A DNA stretch of 64,000 nucleotides from Laetmonice hystrix (GCA_965235115.1 OZ249440.1:34412001-34476000); one strand, 5' to 3'; shown: positions 48,149-61,959, numbered from the stretch's first letter. The notes: a model not told the origin generated them from the sequence alone. A program made the numbers and translations.

Positions 48149-50170
48149 AGAGTGAGCGAGTAGTGGTGGTTTTGCGCCGTGTCAGCATCCGGGGCCATCT
48201 TCACGGCGAAAACAGAGTTATAAGACCATAAAACCAAAGGAACCTATTTTATCCCGGGTCCCAACGGCAACACCACCAAAACACATCTATAAAAGAGTGA
48301 GAAGTCCAGCCTCCGACAAGAACTATAAAATAACTCCTGGTCTGATATTGCTAAAAAGATCCTTAAGACTCGTCTCATTATAAAACCTTTGTCTGATGAG
48401 AGTAAAATCACCACATTCGAGTAAAAGATGCTTCAGTGTCAAAGGACATTGACAGCCATAACATTCAGGAGGCGGCTCCCCCTTCAATAAAAACACGTGG
48501 GTTAATCTGGAATGACCAATCCTGCATCGAGTGAAAACAATTTCATGCCTACGTTGGCTTAGGCTGAGAGGACACCTTTGGTTTTCGATGGGACTGATCT
48601 GATACAATTTATTGTTTGGTTGTTCATCCCATTCGGCCTGCCATCTGTTCTTAACTTAAGCCCAGATGGTAGGTCTGAGGTCAGAGGCTGGGATTGGACA
48701 TGGGTCAACGTCTGTATCGAGCGCTCTCTTGGCAGTTCTGTCGGCTTGCTCATTGCCCAGTATGCCAACATGGCCGGGCACCCAGCAAAAGTGAATATCA
48801 AAGTTTGCATTGGCAAGCACTGCCAACTTGGACAAGATTTGGACGATCACTGGGTGATCTGCTGCCGCAGACACATCACTGCTATCCTTGAGCCATCAGT
48901 ATAGAAGGCATAATGAGACGGATACCTTGCCTGGACGGCCAGGAAATGGTCAAAATATGTCGGGGGATGAGTCCCCGACTTCTTCAGTTGAGCCAACTGA
49001 AGGATGACATCAGGCTTTTCTAGGTCCCAAGGAGGGATTTGCAAAAGTGTGTCCGCCCCAGGACGTTCAGATCGACATCCAGTTCCTCTAGATAAGGTTT
49101 CACTCTCAGTCCAAAAGGACGTATGTACGTTTCCTTTCTTTCATATAAATGTTGGAACTGAGGGTGAAAAACGCAGTTGTAAGCTGGATTTGAACTGTTT
49201 GTCCTGAGCTTGACTGCATACTGCAGAGCCAACTTCAGACGCCTGTTGTAAAGCGAGGGCTCTCTGGCCTCCACATAGAGGTTCTGAACAGGAGACGTTC
49301 TAAAAGCCCCAAGTGAAAGCCGCAAACCCTGGTGGTGAACCGTGTCCAAAAGCCCTATGTAAGACTTACAAGCAGAGCCGTAAACTATGCTGCCGTAATC
49401 GAGCTTCGACCGGATTAAAGCTCTGTACAGTTGTAAAAGGACTGTACTGTCTGCCCCCCAGTTTGTGCCAGATAAAACCTTGAGAACATCCAGAGCCTTA
49501 AGGCGTCTGGATTTTAGCGATTTAATGTGTGGAATAAAAGACAGCTTGCTGTCAAAAGTGAGACCTAGAAACTTTGTCTCTTTAACAACTTTGACAGGAT
49601 CTCCATCCATTGTCAACTCGGTGGAAAGCACATAGTTTGCAGAAATGCATTCAGACTGTTTTAGATTTTGAAAATTTAAAACCGTTTTCCATGGACCAAG
49701 TGTGGATTCTGTTGGGACAAAGATGGAGCCGTCTCTCGATGGCATTCATGTTTTTGCCTCTGCAGCAGACGTCAAAGTCGTCGACGAACAGGCTGCAGGG
49801 CATGCCAGTTTTAACCGAGTTAACAATGCTGTTGATCTTAATACTAAAAAGGGTAACAGACAAAATGCTTCCCTGAGGCACGCCTAATTCTTGGTCATGC
49901 AAGTCAGAGAGCGTAGTTCCTACTCTGACTTGAAAATGTCTGTTGGATAAAAACTGAGATATGAAAATGGGCAAACCCCCCCTAAAACCCATTTCATGCA
50001 AATCTTTTAAAATTCCGTACTTCCATGTTGTGTTGTATGCCTTTTCAAGGTCAAAAAAGACGGCAACAACATGTTCGCGATTGATAAAAGCATCTCGGAT
50101 GTATGTCTCAAGTCTGATCAGATGATGCAGAGTACTTCTCCCTTGCCGGAAGCCACACTGAATATCAGTA
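48149..50170 (-). mobile_element. Nimb-like LINE RT-to-tail portion in tandem with the previous copy
   Basis: RT motifs, partly deleted RNase H, 3' UTR and tail at 48149. Confidence 0.93.
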
Positions 50171-50253
50171 GACAGATAAGACTAGTTAAAGTTAGATTAA
50201 AGTGGAAAACATATTTTGTTATATTTTTTTTCTGTTTTAAATCATTTATTACA

Positions 50254-50403
50254 GCTAAAGAGAAGTCTGATGCAGCGAGAAAGACTGGTGGGGGACCACA
50301 GAAAAGATTCACGCCTGCCGAGGACCTTTTTCTACAGGTCAACTCGTCAAATCCAGTTATCACTGACATCCCGGGGGGGGGGGCACTGGATACGACTGCA
50401 GAT
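50254..50403 (+). pseudogene. Harbinger-associated Myb/SANT-like protein exon
   Basis: AKEKSDAARKTGGGPQKRFTPAEDLFL...PVITDIPGG after a ttacag acceptor. Confidence 0.65.
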
Positions 50404-50469
50404 TAACACTAGGCACACTGTCATGGACTATGTATGCTATACATATAGTATGCTATTCTCTTCTATTAA

Positions 50470-50831
50470 CCCTATGCCGGCAACGTTTGTTACGTCACAG
50501 TCGTCACAGAGGCTGACCCAGTTTTGTGCACCACCCCACGTGGGCGAGCCATTTTGGATTTTCGTCTCGAAAAACGTGATTTTGGGACACATAAATGTCT
50601 AAAAGACAATAGCATTCAATGTAATATGTAAGGGGGAGGAGTTAGTACAGCTACTCGACAATTGTAGTTGGGTGATTGACAGTCTTTGCCACAATGGGCC
50701 GGATTTACGTGGAGTGGTCGGAGTAGACAAAAAAGTGCCTCAAGGCATCGTCCGCCCTGGGGCAGTAATGCCTCAAGGCATCGTCCGCCCTGGCACGGTA
50801 ATGCCTCAAGGCATCGTTCGCCCTGAAAGGG
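50470..50831. mobile_element. piggyBac-like MITE related to 33736-34124
   Basis: TTAA-CCC...GGG-TTAA; three tgcctcaaggcatcg repeats. Confidence 0.75.
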
Positions 50832-50837
50832 TTAATT

Positions 50838-51583
50838 AACGGCAGTAGATGACAAACACCAGAATTTTAATTTTAATTTTAACCATTTAATGAATCCTCA
50901 CAGTTACCCAATGATGACAAAATAAAGTTTGCTTTACAATCACAAAACTTCCGGAAGGTTCCTACTGTCTATTGTGGTCTATTGTCCTGTCTGCGAGTCC
51001 AGAACGCTCCCAATCCACACGTAAATCCAAGTGAGAGTTCAATTAATGTTCCATTTGATTTCCTCCGTTGATTTCACAAACACAATGTCCACAGCACACG
51101 TTCAGATACTCCAGGAATAATCCTTCAGTGATGTCACCAACACTTCACCAGCACATGAATTGAAGACTTGTAAGCCTACACGGCTCAACGCCCAAATAAG
51201 ACAGCTATAATCTTGACTTCTGCTTTTCGTAATCCCACAGCGATAATCCACAGTTTCACAAACTTCAACCAGGTTTTTCTCTAGTTACTAAACAACACTC
51301 TTTAAGATCTCAACTTCCAAATCTCCTCGCATCACCAGTTCTACCAGCCTATATACCTTCAGTTGTTTGAGAACTTTCTAGTTGTAGAACGTTCCAAGTT
51401 ACATAAATAGAAAACGGAAGATTCTCGTCCCGTTCAGAAACCGGAAACTCCAATGTTAATGTACCGGAAGGTCCCGCCACCTTAGCTCCCTCTGGTGGAT
51501 ATTCAAACAACCTACCAGACCATAGCGCCACCTGGTGGACTAGTCTAACTAACACAAAGGAATTCCACCTCACACATATCACA
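50838..51583 (-). mobile_element. Diverged, truncated copy of the solo LTR
   Basis: Colinear with about 20274-21111; ends catatcaca. Confidence 0.85.
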
Positions 51584-52028
51584 ATGATTATTTTCAGGAC
51601 ACTAGAGGACGACTTCGAAATCCATGCTACGGATGTCTTGGCCCCAGACTATGACGATGAAGACCTTTCCGTTACTCCAGCGCCAATATTTTAAGTGTTA
51701 AAGGGGGGTTACATTAGGCGAGGAGATCTCCTTGTCGACAACCTGGGCCATGCTTTCTGTGTAAAGGTATATAGCCTATGTTATGAAGTAGTTTGGGTTA
51801 CCCTCAAATTTTATATTGGATGAATATATTATCTAGTCGCTGTTATACTGATTACCTATTGGGTGAACCATTTCTTTTTAGCGAGAATAGTGTTTCAGTG
51901 TTTGTATGTCCTTTCTATTTCAGCACCGAGCCAAGAATCGAACACAATGGCGGCGCAAGCTGCACAAGAAGCCAACGGACCAAACTGTCGGGCAACGGTT
52001 ATCGATGACAAAGGCATCTTCCGACCTG

Positions 52029-52297
52029 GGGCCCGTCTTACTAAACATCGTTAAGCCCGATCTAGTTAACTTATAGCTAGTTAATAACTAGAAATCGTTA
52101 TTAACTAGAGCTAGTTAAAACCCGTCTTACTAAGGTCTAGTTAGTAGCGTAACGTATAGGGAGTGGTCTAGTTAACTTAACGACTGGGGAGGGGGTACCG
52201 CTAACGTTGTAACGTTGTCTGGTTGTCGCCTTGACGACGGCCTAGTTAACCAGCAGTTAACTATATCGTTAATAACGATGTTTAGTAAGACGGGCCC
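52029..52297. mobile_element. PIF/Harbinger-type MITE
   Basis: TIR gggcccgtcttactaaacatcgtta / taacgatgtttagtaagacgggccc. Confidence 0.88.
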
Positions 52298-53749
52298 CAG
52301 GCCTCTCCAACCACAACCATCCAGCGGTTTCAGGCAGTGCCACAAATATCAAGGCATACCTGCCAGCATTTTATCCCTCTCTCTCCTCCTCTCCATTACT
52401 GACAGAAAGCACAACTCTGATTTACTAAACGTAGTCTAGAAATCTAGTTATATGGCAGGGACCATAAACGATCTTTTTGCCAGTGAAACTCTCCCACGAG
52501 CGAGAGATTTAACATGTTTTTGGGGGGAATCTCCAATTTTATGATTCCGTAATATTTAGAGAGTAATGCGGAATGCGGAATACCTCATTCAAATGTGGAA
52601 AGATTCCGCAGAATGCAGAAGGGTTGGCAGGTATGTCAAGGTGGTCAAAGAAGTTAAGAGACGTGCGGCAGCAGACATATGACTCCCGGCTCCTGCCATT
52701 GTCCATGAGGTACTCGGCCAACAGGACCCCTCTCTCCCACGTGGAAGCAGGCCTGTTCCGGATAACATGATCAGGCCAACCCCAGAACCCTTGATTTTGA
52801 TACACGTAAAAAGGCCCTTAATTTATATCATCATTTCATGATGCCAGTATCAATATTTCCTCATGTAATAATAGTTCATGACAACTTTATAGGGTTTTGA
52901 TTATAGATAGTATAGGATTTTTTATAAAGGTCCCGATATATATGAATGTTTATATTTTTACATGATTATATTTGGTTTACAGCTTCGCCTCGCCTGCATC
53001 CCAGAAGGATTCTCCAGAAAGACGTCACGCACAAGAATGCCAGACACATCATCTTTGCATCCCAGCAACAATGAGACCTCTTTGGAAAGGCCAAGACCTG
53101 GTACAACAGGTGCTGACCGATTTCGAACGAGTGATTTGGTCAGGGCTACGAGCTGTATTCCCAGGGATCCGCATTTCCAGCTGTCTGTTCCACTAGAAAC
53201 AGGCAGTCATGAAGAAAGTTGCCAGCCTCGGGCTCAAGCCGCTGTATTTCTCGCAAGGCGCCCCATACCGGCGGATCCAACTGGTCCTCTCCCTTCCCTA
53301 CCTCCCTGCAGAACACATTTGGCCTTCGACCAGCTTACGGCGCAGACCCCAGCTACCATCATTCCTTTCATGGACTACATTTCCAACCAGTTGATCAGCG
53401 GCAGCAAGAAAGAGTCATAAGAGAGGAAAATTGGTAAGAGAGGAACATTGGTGAGAAAAACAATCACGTCAGAATGACCAAAATCGTCAAAGAGAGGAAC
53501 ACTGGCGAGTAGATCAAGCACATCGGGATGATGAACATCGCCAAAGAGAAGAACAATGGAAAAGAGAATGGAGAACGACAGCAAAAAAGGGATGAGCAAC
53601 GAGAACAACAGCATGAGATAAGGCAACAAGAGCAAGACAGACGCGATGATCGCTTTGAGAAACTGCTTGCTGGAATCCTTCTGTGTTCCGCAGACCTTAG
53701 GATTTGAAAAATGCAGGGGAGACCTTAGGATTTGAAAAATGCAAAAAAA

Positions 53750-54035
53750 AGGCAGATTGGGCCTTCGTGTCACACTCCACCAACAGTTGGCCAGACCTCA
53801 AACGTTTACAATATTTGACTGTTCCAGCTATCCCCAATATGTATGGCAAAAGGGGATAGCTTAGATATTGGTCGGTCAGCTTCTGCCGATTCAACAATGA
53901 TGAAACGAGGCCATTCCGTCAAATGTTCATTCTCCATAGACCGGTCCGAGTCAGAGTCCGTTAGTTTCAGTAGTTTTCTTTTGGGGGGATTGTTTGATGC
54001 CATGTTTGTGTTAGATTGTTTGACCAACCCTATTT
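53750..54035 (-). mobile_element. Nimb-like ORF1 N-terminal fragment
   Basis: MASNNPPKRK...CKRLRSGQLLVEC. Confidence 0.92.
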
Positions 54036-55524
54036 CTCATCCACCGTTCATCAACCTGTGATGATATTATGATTTTGAGTAAAAAGTGAGTTGTTTAACA
54101 TGTAATTGTAATGGTTTGTGGTGGACTCTTTTCATATACATGTATTCAAGTATACCCAGTTCCTAGGGTAGAATATTTGATTTATTGTCTTTTCAGATGG
54201 ATGGTGTTGATGTCAGGGAGCATTTCAAGGGGGGACAATGTGTGTCCTGTGTGCCACCGTGGTAGCACTGAGGACTACACCATCCCATGTTTGGCTCCTC
54301 CTGATGATAGACGTCGGAGGAAGTACGGCGACTTCCGTTGACTTGGCGACCCAAACGTGTGGGTGTGTCCTCAGTGCTATGAGTACATGCTGCCAGACAC
54401 TGAGGTCAATAAGAAGAGGACGTGGGCCTGTGCCGCATTCTCTGGTTCTTTGCACAATGATGATCGCGTGCGGCTTGTCGAGATGTTGCCCGTCTCCAAT
54501 GCGGGCAATGTGGGCTTCGTCCAAACCTGAGATGGCACAGGACATCCAATGTGTCTAGGACGTACTGGCAGTCTTTGCTGACATGACCGAGTCACTGTGT
54601 GAATTCAAGACCGTATTCAACGACTGCCTCATCGTGCCCATTATGCTTTGGTTGGACGAGAACAGTTTCCCCACTGTCCGATGCCCCATGGAATGTTCCA
54701 TCTTCGTGGATGACGTGCAGTGGGGAACAGCTCGCCTTGTACAAGCCAGCCACTGCATTGCTAAAAAGGTGCCGCAGTTCACTTCATTTCAGGCGGATTC
54801 TACCCAGCTGGCGGGAGCGAGGCCAGACTGGCCCTCAATCAAAAAGAGTTTGTGCTGGGAAGTGTCACCTTCACTTGTTGTTGACAGTGCGCTTGGACTG
54901 TGCTTTATTTCCTGCTCCAAGAAGCGGCATTCCATTGGACGGCACAAATATATACACGTACCATCAAATCCTGTGGCGGCAGTAACAGGCACACGTCGTC
55001 CTACAGTGTAGTAAAGCAGGTGGGCAATGCTGCTGGTTTGTCGACCTTCCGTGTGTACATCCCGTTATTAACATTTTGACTAGGATGGATTATGCGGCGA
55101 GGGCATTGGTGTTGTTTAACCGAACTGATATTTTGAACCATGCCATCAATAGTGAGGTTGTGGGTCCAGATCGTGCTGAGGCGGCTATTCAGTTCTGGAC
55201 CAGTAACATGGAGTTATATGACAGTGTCCCACAGTGCAGGTCAGGCAGTACATCTATGCTGGCAGCTGACACCTGTCACATGATAAAGTGCCTGATGCTG
55301 TGGGAGAAGATGCTGGTGATTACGAACGCCCCAAGTTGGCATTTTTTGGTCATCGTCCATCCCGATGATGGTGTTGGCCATGAACCGTTTTGAATTGCCC
55401 AGGTAGCAGAGCGAGGGAATGCCATCGATCGTGATGCGGGTAGTGTGGTGTACACAGTCCTCCAGCTACCTATCCCCTGCCACGCTCTTCATCGGGCATT
55501 CATGTACTTAAAATCAAATCCAAA

Positions 55525-57956
55525 ATGGATAAAGTTAATGACACTGAAAAAGATCAGGTTGTCCTTCAACTACAAAAACAGATTGAAAGTCAGGCACAAG
55601 ATCTAGAGTATTGTCAACATCTGCAAACACTAATGCAGAGTGAAACAATAACAACTTTTGAAGATGGAAAATATGTGAATGAACTAAGGCAAACAATAAT
55701 AATATTGTTAACAGAATGTAATGTAAGCATGTCAAAAGTTAACCAAGTGATCTTAACTGTAGTAGAAAACTTAGCAAACAAAAAACGGGATAAACTTCCA
55801 TCCAAGGGTGTACTGAGTAGACTTTTGGTGGAAGCTCAGCATGTAGCAAAGAGGCAAGTATCAAATGTGATGAACACTGAAACAGACCAAGAGAAATGCA
55901 TTGGTAATGTGTTACATTCTGATGCTACAACAAAATTTCATAGGCATTATGAGAATTTCCAAGTGACACTGCCTAGTGGTCAGACATTATCCATAGCATA
56001 GGCATGTGTGAGACTGCAGGTGGGTCTACTGAGCAGCTTACTGAGGCTTTTATGCAAAAAATGGAAGACCTCACGGATGCAATTATGGAAAACAAAGATA
56101 AAGCTATATCTGAACTAATAAGCTCTATAAAACACACCGTGAGCGGTCAAGGCTCTGTGAATCCAGCATTTAATGCTGTTCTACTTCAACTTCGTCAAAA
56201 TGTCGTCTCAAAGGCTATTGATAACTGGGAAAATCTCTCTGACCACAGTAAGAATGAAATAAAGGAAACATTTGAGCAACTTTTTTTGTAAGATGCACAT
56301 AGTAGTAAATTTTGCCAAAGAAGCAGACAAAGTTCTGAAGGTGTTTGAAACAAATGTAGAAGAGGGCAGAAATCCACATGCACTGAACTCCTACGAGAGT
56401 GGCACGATTAGACTGATTCACACAGCATGTAAAGCATTAACATCTCGTGGTTGTGACAAGGCTGGGATGTTTCCACTGTGAGAAGCCTTTAAATGCAGGA
56501 AGCAGGCTGCAAAAATCATTTGGTAACCTTCATTGGAAACAGATTTAACATTGCTTTCTATGATGGGGAGCACTGTACCACCACAAGCATCACATTACTG
56601 ACTTCTTGTCCTCTTTGTGTGAAGACAACTCATTGCTAGAGTCTCTTGCCTTTGACATTAGCGAGCCAGCTTTCATTGCTGGTGCAAGAGCCCTAGGCAT
56701 TGTTGATAAACTAATAACAGGTCCATACTGGCGGTTGTTAGAGCAGCAAGGTTCCATCTTTGACATGAACAAGCACATTCTTCAGCTGAAGTCATCCCTG
56801 GAAAGGTGTGCCAATGATGCCTCATCTCTCCTCACTGGGGAAGCTATCTTTGATGAAAATGACGTATCTATTCACAAAGATGAGATTTATTACTCGTTGT
56901 TCCAAGAAACTGATGCTGCCATAGATTCGTTCACTCAGTTAGCATTAGAAGTTTTTTCCACAAGTCTTCTCTTTATTCTTGAACGGCAGGCAAAAGATCA
57001 TCTTGCAGGAGGCAAGTTTTGGAATGTGTCTGATCGTCTGAGAGCTACCACCCGCCATGTACCAAAGACAAACACATGTTCAGAGCGTGGCTTTGCTATG
57101 TTGGACCAGCTCATTCATAACAAACCAGCAGCTGGTGTCCATGTCTTTGAAGTAATCATGTGGACAAACAACAAAACATCAAGTTGGCTGAATAGTTTAT
57201 CAGATGAAGAGAGAAAAGGACTCATTGATGAGGCTAGGAAAGTATTTCCCTCTCTTAAGGCCAAACTGAAAGAAAGACAGCTAAAATTAAAGGTAGAGAA
57301 GCTCAGTAAACTTAAAGAGTGCTAAACAACTTAGAGAACAGAAAAGTCACAGTCAGAGGGTAACTCTCACACAAAAACTGGGATCAATTGGTGGACTATA
57401 GGCATATGATTCTGTAGAGGAGAACATAAAAGCCTTAGGAAATGACAAAGCACGGCGAGATGCCCTGAACATTAGCTTCAGTTCCATAGAGATGTGCTGA
57501 AATCTCAGGGACAAAAATCACTCTTTCAACAAAGTAAAAATAAAGTCCAGTACACGCTTGAGGAAATGATCGCCAATTTGAAAGAAATCATAACTTTGAA
57601 TGCTCATGGAAATAGTCAAATATCTTCAAATTCTGGGCTAGTGTATCGTTCAGAAGATGATGTAAAATCGAAGATGTCAGAAACTAGGTCAGCATTAGCA
57701 AAGAAACTCAGAGAACAGTTAAAAACAATAATTGAATCACCAGACATGCTAGTTGGGGAAAAACATTCTCCACAAATGTGTGGAGCAGAATGAACTGGAG
57801 TCTCATTGGTTTGATGCAACTGTCCCTGCAGTGCATAAATCCTATAATAACCCATTAAATACAGAATATGATATTAGATATGAAGATAACCCAGATGACG
57901 CCTGGCATTTTCCTCTGTTGAAAGACATAAAAAATCTTCACCTTATTATTACGTAA
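55525..57956 (+). pseudogene. Degenerate DDE transposase with CxxH motif (hAT/MuDR/P/Kolobok group) and C-terminal Tudor/spindlin-like domain
   Basis: LHSDATTK, NFFCKMH, GNRFNIAF, RALGIVDKLITGPYW, KTNTCSERGFAMLD across stops and frameshifts. Confidence 0.6.
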
Positions 57957-58878
57957 ATTGTCAACCCCTACCTTTAGATTCTTTGACCTTTCAATTGAAG
58001 GTCAGCAGGGATAGCTGAAAACATTAAATGTGCAATGACTTTCGCATTTTTTATGGTTGACCTACAAAGGTCAAAACTTATTTTGAAGGGTGAATCTATG
58101 ACTATACTATAGCCTAGTATAGGTCTACATTTATATAAGAATGTCTGTCTGACAACCTGCAAGGCTGACGTTTGTTCAAAATGCAAGATATATTTCCTGT
58201 ATCAAACAATTTTTTTTAAAACTTTTTAGGGAATTTTATGCTTCATAGTCCACTACTTTCCAGTTTAGCTTGAGGCATTATGTAGTCTGATTTAGAGAAG
58301 GGAGCCGTACTTACATTATTTAAATAAGGCAAAAAGTGCCTGCATTCCTTAAATAAACTAATAACTGAACTAAACTAATGCAAAGTATAGCACGAGTCTT
58401 ACATATCTATGGAAGGAAGACATGGCTGAACATGGCCTAACTTCCACCTTCTCAAATATTCAATCTCATTGCCATGTATACTTAAACTGAGGTGTTTGCT
58501 GTGTAGTTTGACTCTGCTGCTAAAGAATGGAAGACATGGTTGAACATAGCCTAACTTCAATTTTCCTGCTCATGTGATGTTCAAACTAAGCTTCACTGTG
58601 TTTTCACTTTATTGTACATAGTCATAGTTTATTAATTATAAGAAACAATTTTACACTTATACACTTGTAAATATATTTTTAAGACTAATTCTACAGCTAA
58701 ATGTTCTCGTATATATATCAGTGGTAAGAATGAAATTGTTAAATTGAACGAATTGTAATGGTACAAGAACTGTGAATGAATTTGGCAGCCTTATTATGTA
58801 TTCTAATTTTCTTTTCTTTCAGAGCTCCTGTTCTTCAAGAGTTTTTGAAAGTTTGAACAAATTTCTAAAAAGTCAGTC

Positions 58879-60317
58879 ATGCCTTCAGTGCTTTTGATTG
58901 GAGACAGCCATGTCCGGGATATGGGGAAATGGTTAGGCCTGCCTAAGGAGTACGTGGTTCAGGAGGTGTGTTTACCTGGAGACACCTAGAGTCATCCGTC
59001 ATCTCAAGAACCATGGTTCTCGTGTTGATTGGATTGTTCTCTGGGTGGGCTCTAATGAGTTGGGTGGGCTCTAATGAGTTGAATTCGAGGTCTGGCTATG
59101 TAACATGCACTTCCTTTCAGCACAGGTATGAGAAATTGGCTAGCCTGGCAGACTCGCTTGCAAACAACATCCTTCCTGTGTCTTTGACACCTAGGATCGA
59201 TGATGTTGGCAAGCGAGTCCGCCGCTTCAATATGATTATCGAGGGCATAGCTGAATGCTACCAAACGGCCAATGTTAATGTGAGCAAAAACGTGGCCAGA
59301 GAGTTTCGACAGATAAAGAGGGTATCCACCTGCACGCATCAGTAAAGCAGACTATTGGTGCTCGTGTAGGTAAACTGATTACCGAACATGCTTCCCGTGC
59401 AGCGAGTGAGTGAGTGAGTAGTGGTGGTTTTGCGCCGTTTCGGCATCCGGGGCCATCTTCACGGGGAGTCATAAGACCATAAAACCAAAGGAACCTATTT
59501 TATCCCGGGTCCCAACGGGAACACCACCAAAACACATTTATAAAAGAGTCAGAAGTCCAGCCTCTGACAAGAACTCTAAAATCACTCCTGGTCTGACAGT
59601 GCTAAAAAGATCCTTAAGACTCGTCTCATTATAAAACCTTTGTCTGATGAGAGTAAAATCACCACATTCGAGTAAAAGATGCTTCAGTGTCAAGGGACAC
59701 TGATAGCCATAACATTCTGGAGGTGGCTCCCCCTTCAATAAAAACACATGGGTTAATTTAGAATGACCAACTCTGCATCGAGTAAAAACAATTTCATGCC
59801 TCCGTTGGGTTCTTCCCGTGCAGCTGCTGATGCCAGTGAGACGTCCCTTGCAAGAATATGCGCTGGCAGAAGAGGGCTGCAAAATCAGAAGCAAAAGGGG
59901 TGCCTTTGGTTGGTGAGGTTGTTACCAAGGGTCCCCACTCTGTCCTGTCAAACTTTTGGCAGGGCACAAAGAAAGTCGAGGTCGAGGGTTACCGCTCCTG
60001 GACTCCTGAGCATGCAGTAAGATGCAAAGGCACTGTCCATCGGTGATCTTCAAACCCATAACCTGATTCTGAGGTCACAATCACCTTTCGATGCTAAAAA
60101 GCAGGGAAATTGGTTAAGCAGACTTGTGACCCAGGATTGGAATAGTCAAAAGTTAGATGTAATGCAGAAGATCCTTGAAGCGAAGTACATCCAGCAACAA
60201 GACTTTCGCATTCATCTACATGCTTCTGAGGGTAAGAAAATAGTTCATCCAGTAGCAGATCGGTTCTGGGGAGCTGGATTCAGACCATCTCAATCATTCC
60301 TAATATTAAAAAAATAA
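58879..60317 (+). pseudogene. SGNH/GDSL hydrolase-NADAR fusion gene, disrupted
   Basis: VLLIGDSHVR, DWIVLWVGSNEL, DKEGIHL; then LSNF, PEHA, AKKQG, DWNSQKLDVMQKILEAKYIQ, DRFWGAG. Confidence 0.75.
59404..59811 (-). mobile_element. 5'-truncated Nimb-like insertion
   Basis: 13-bp TSD cttcccgtgcagc at 59391-59403 and 59812-59824. Confidence 0.96.
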
Positions 60318-61489
60318 AGCAGTCATCAATGTCTGGAATGCAAAATAGGGCGCTCAAGTCTCGTGTCCTAGATATGTAAATGAGCAGAAATAGCCTCGAA
60401 ACACGTCACTCTGACACCTGGCACGATTGTTACGTCACAATTTCCCCAATGGTTTAACATAGGATGAGAAAACACACTTTAAAACATAAGTATTTTTTCG
60501 TACGTACAACAGGTTTGTGCTCTTGTTTTGTAAGGTACAACAATGAAAGCGCCCTAACAATGAAATGATAATATTTAGAAGTTGACAGCTGCCGGCTCCT
60601 ATGGGATTAACAGTGCTAAAGTGATGAGACTACGATCGCCTGGGTGCCAAACGTCACAGTTCTCGAGATTTCTTATGCTGTGTCGTGACCTACTTCTGTC
60701 CCCTATTGGCCCCTTGTTTGGTGTGAAACCTTACTATGAATCAGGCTAAACTTTTATATTCAATATTCAATGTTTCCTAGGGGCATTCTATTCCTGAAGA
60801 ATGGGGTTTAAGTCAGACAACATTTTAGCTGTTTGGCAAGAATCTATTGACACTAATTCTTATGCAATGTCAACTATTTCTTTCCTGAACTATGGATAAC
60901 TTGAGGTACTGATTTCTCCATGAACTGTGCATATGGCCTGTCAGTCTTTCAAATGAAAGAAATGTAAGACATCTAGAGATAGAAACGTCTTTTCAGAAAT
61001 GTTTGATAAAGGTTTAAACATCTCATTCTATGAATCAGAAATAGGTTTGCATTTGTTGCAATGGAAGGAAGAACATAACCTAACTTTCACTTTCCTTAGC
61101 AACATCAAATCTATGGAAGATTTGTTTTAACTGATGTGGATTATTTCAAGGCCTAGTGGCCATTTTCTGTAACGGAGCTTATCTGAACGTTTTTGTGTTC
61201 TGAAGTCGTATATTTGTGAGGCTGGCAGTCCTTTAAAAGATATTCATGTTCGTGACCAACCAACTCACCTCTTGAACCAAGTACATCATTTGCAAACCTG
61301 CATTACTTTCATGTCTGATGTAGCAGTCTCCAATCACTGTAACCTCAAATTATTCCATAACTTTTTAAACGTCACGTAAAGAATATTTGACATCGATTAG
61401 TGTTCTTAATTATTTCTGGTATAATATTCATAAAATTCAGTAAATGGTATTCATTCTTTCTGGAAATATCGTTGGTTACAACCCAAGTC

Positions 61490-61793
61490 GGGCATCAATA
61501 AACAGTGAACTGAGTGAACTGAACGAACCAAGCGAACTGAGATCGATTAGTTATGCCTGGGGGGGTGGGGGGTGGGGGGGGACTCCTGATAGGGACTGGC
61601 TATTGACACTAACGCGGAAACAGCCGACCTAAATTAGGTTGACTAGGTGTTAGTGTGTTAGTTTAGTCCCAAAATTGTTGTTAAATAGGCACTAACTTCC
61701 GGTCGTGACGTCATACCTGAAGTCACGGACTTGTAGCACGACTAATCGATCTCAGTTCGTTCAGTTTGCTCAGTTCGCTGTTTATTGATGCCC
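61490..61793. mobile_element. Mutator/MULE-type MITE
   Basis: About 55-bp TIR gggcatcaataaacag..., 9-bp TSD acccaagtc/accaaagtc. Confidence 0.85.
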
Positions 61794-61959
61794 ACCAAAG
61801 TCTTCAAGGTGGGTCAAAATGCACAAAAACTAGGAAAAGAAGAAACCTTGACACAGAAAATGTTATACCACGTAAGGTGAGAATTGTACTGCATCAACAT
61901 TCTCAACCAATCTTAGAACCCAATCTACCCTATTGTCATCATGCATATGCACCAAGTTC

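Noticed and set aside
52480..53700. Possible exons of a host gene
   Set aside because: Frames are broken by stops and I recognise no motif
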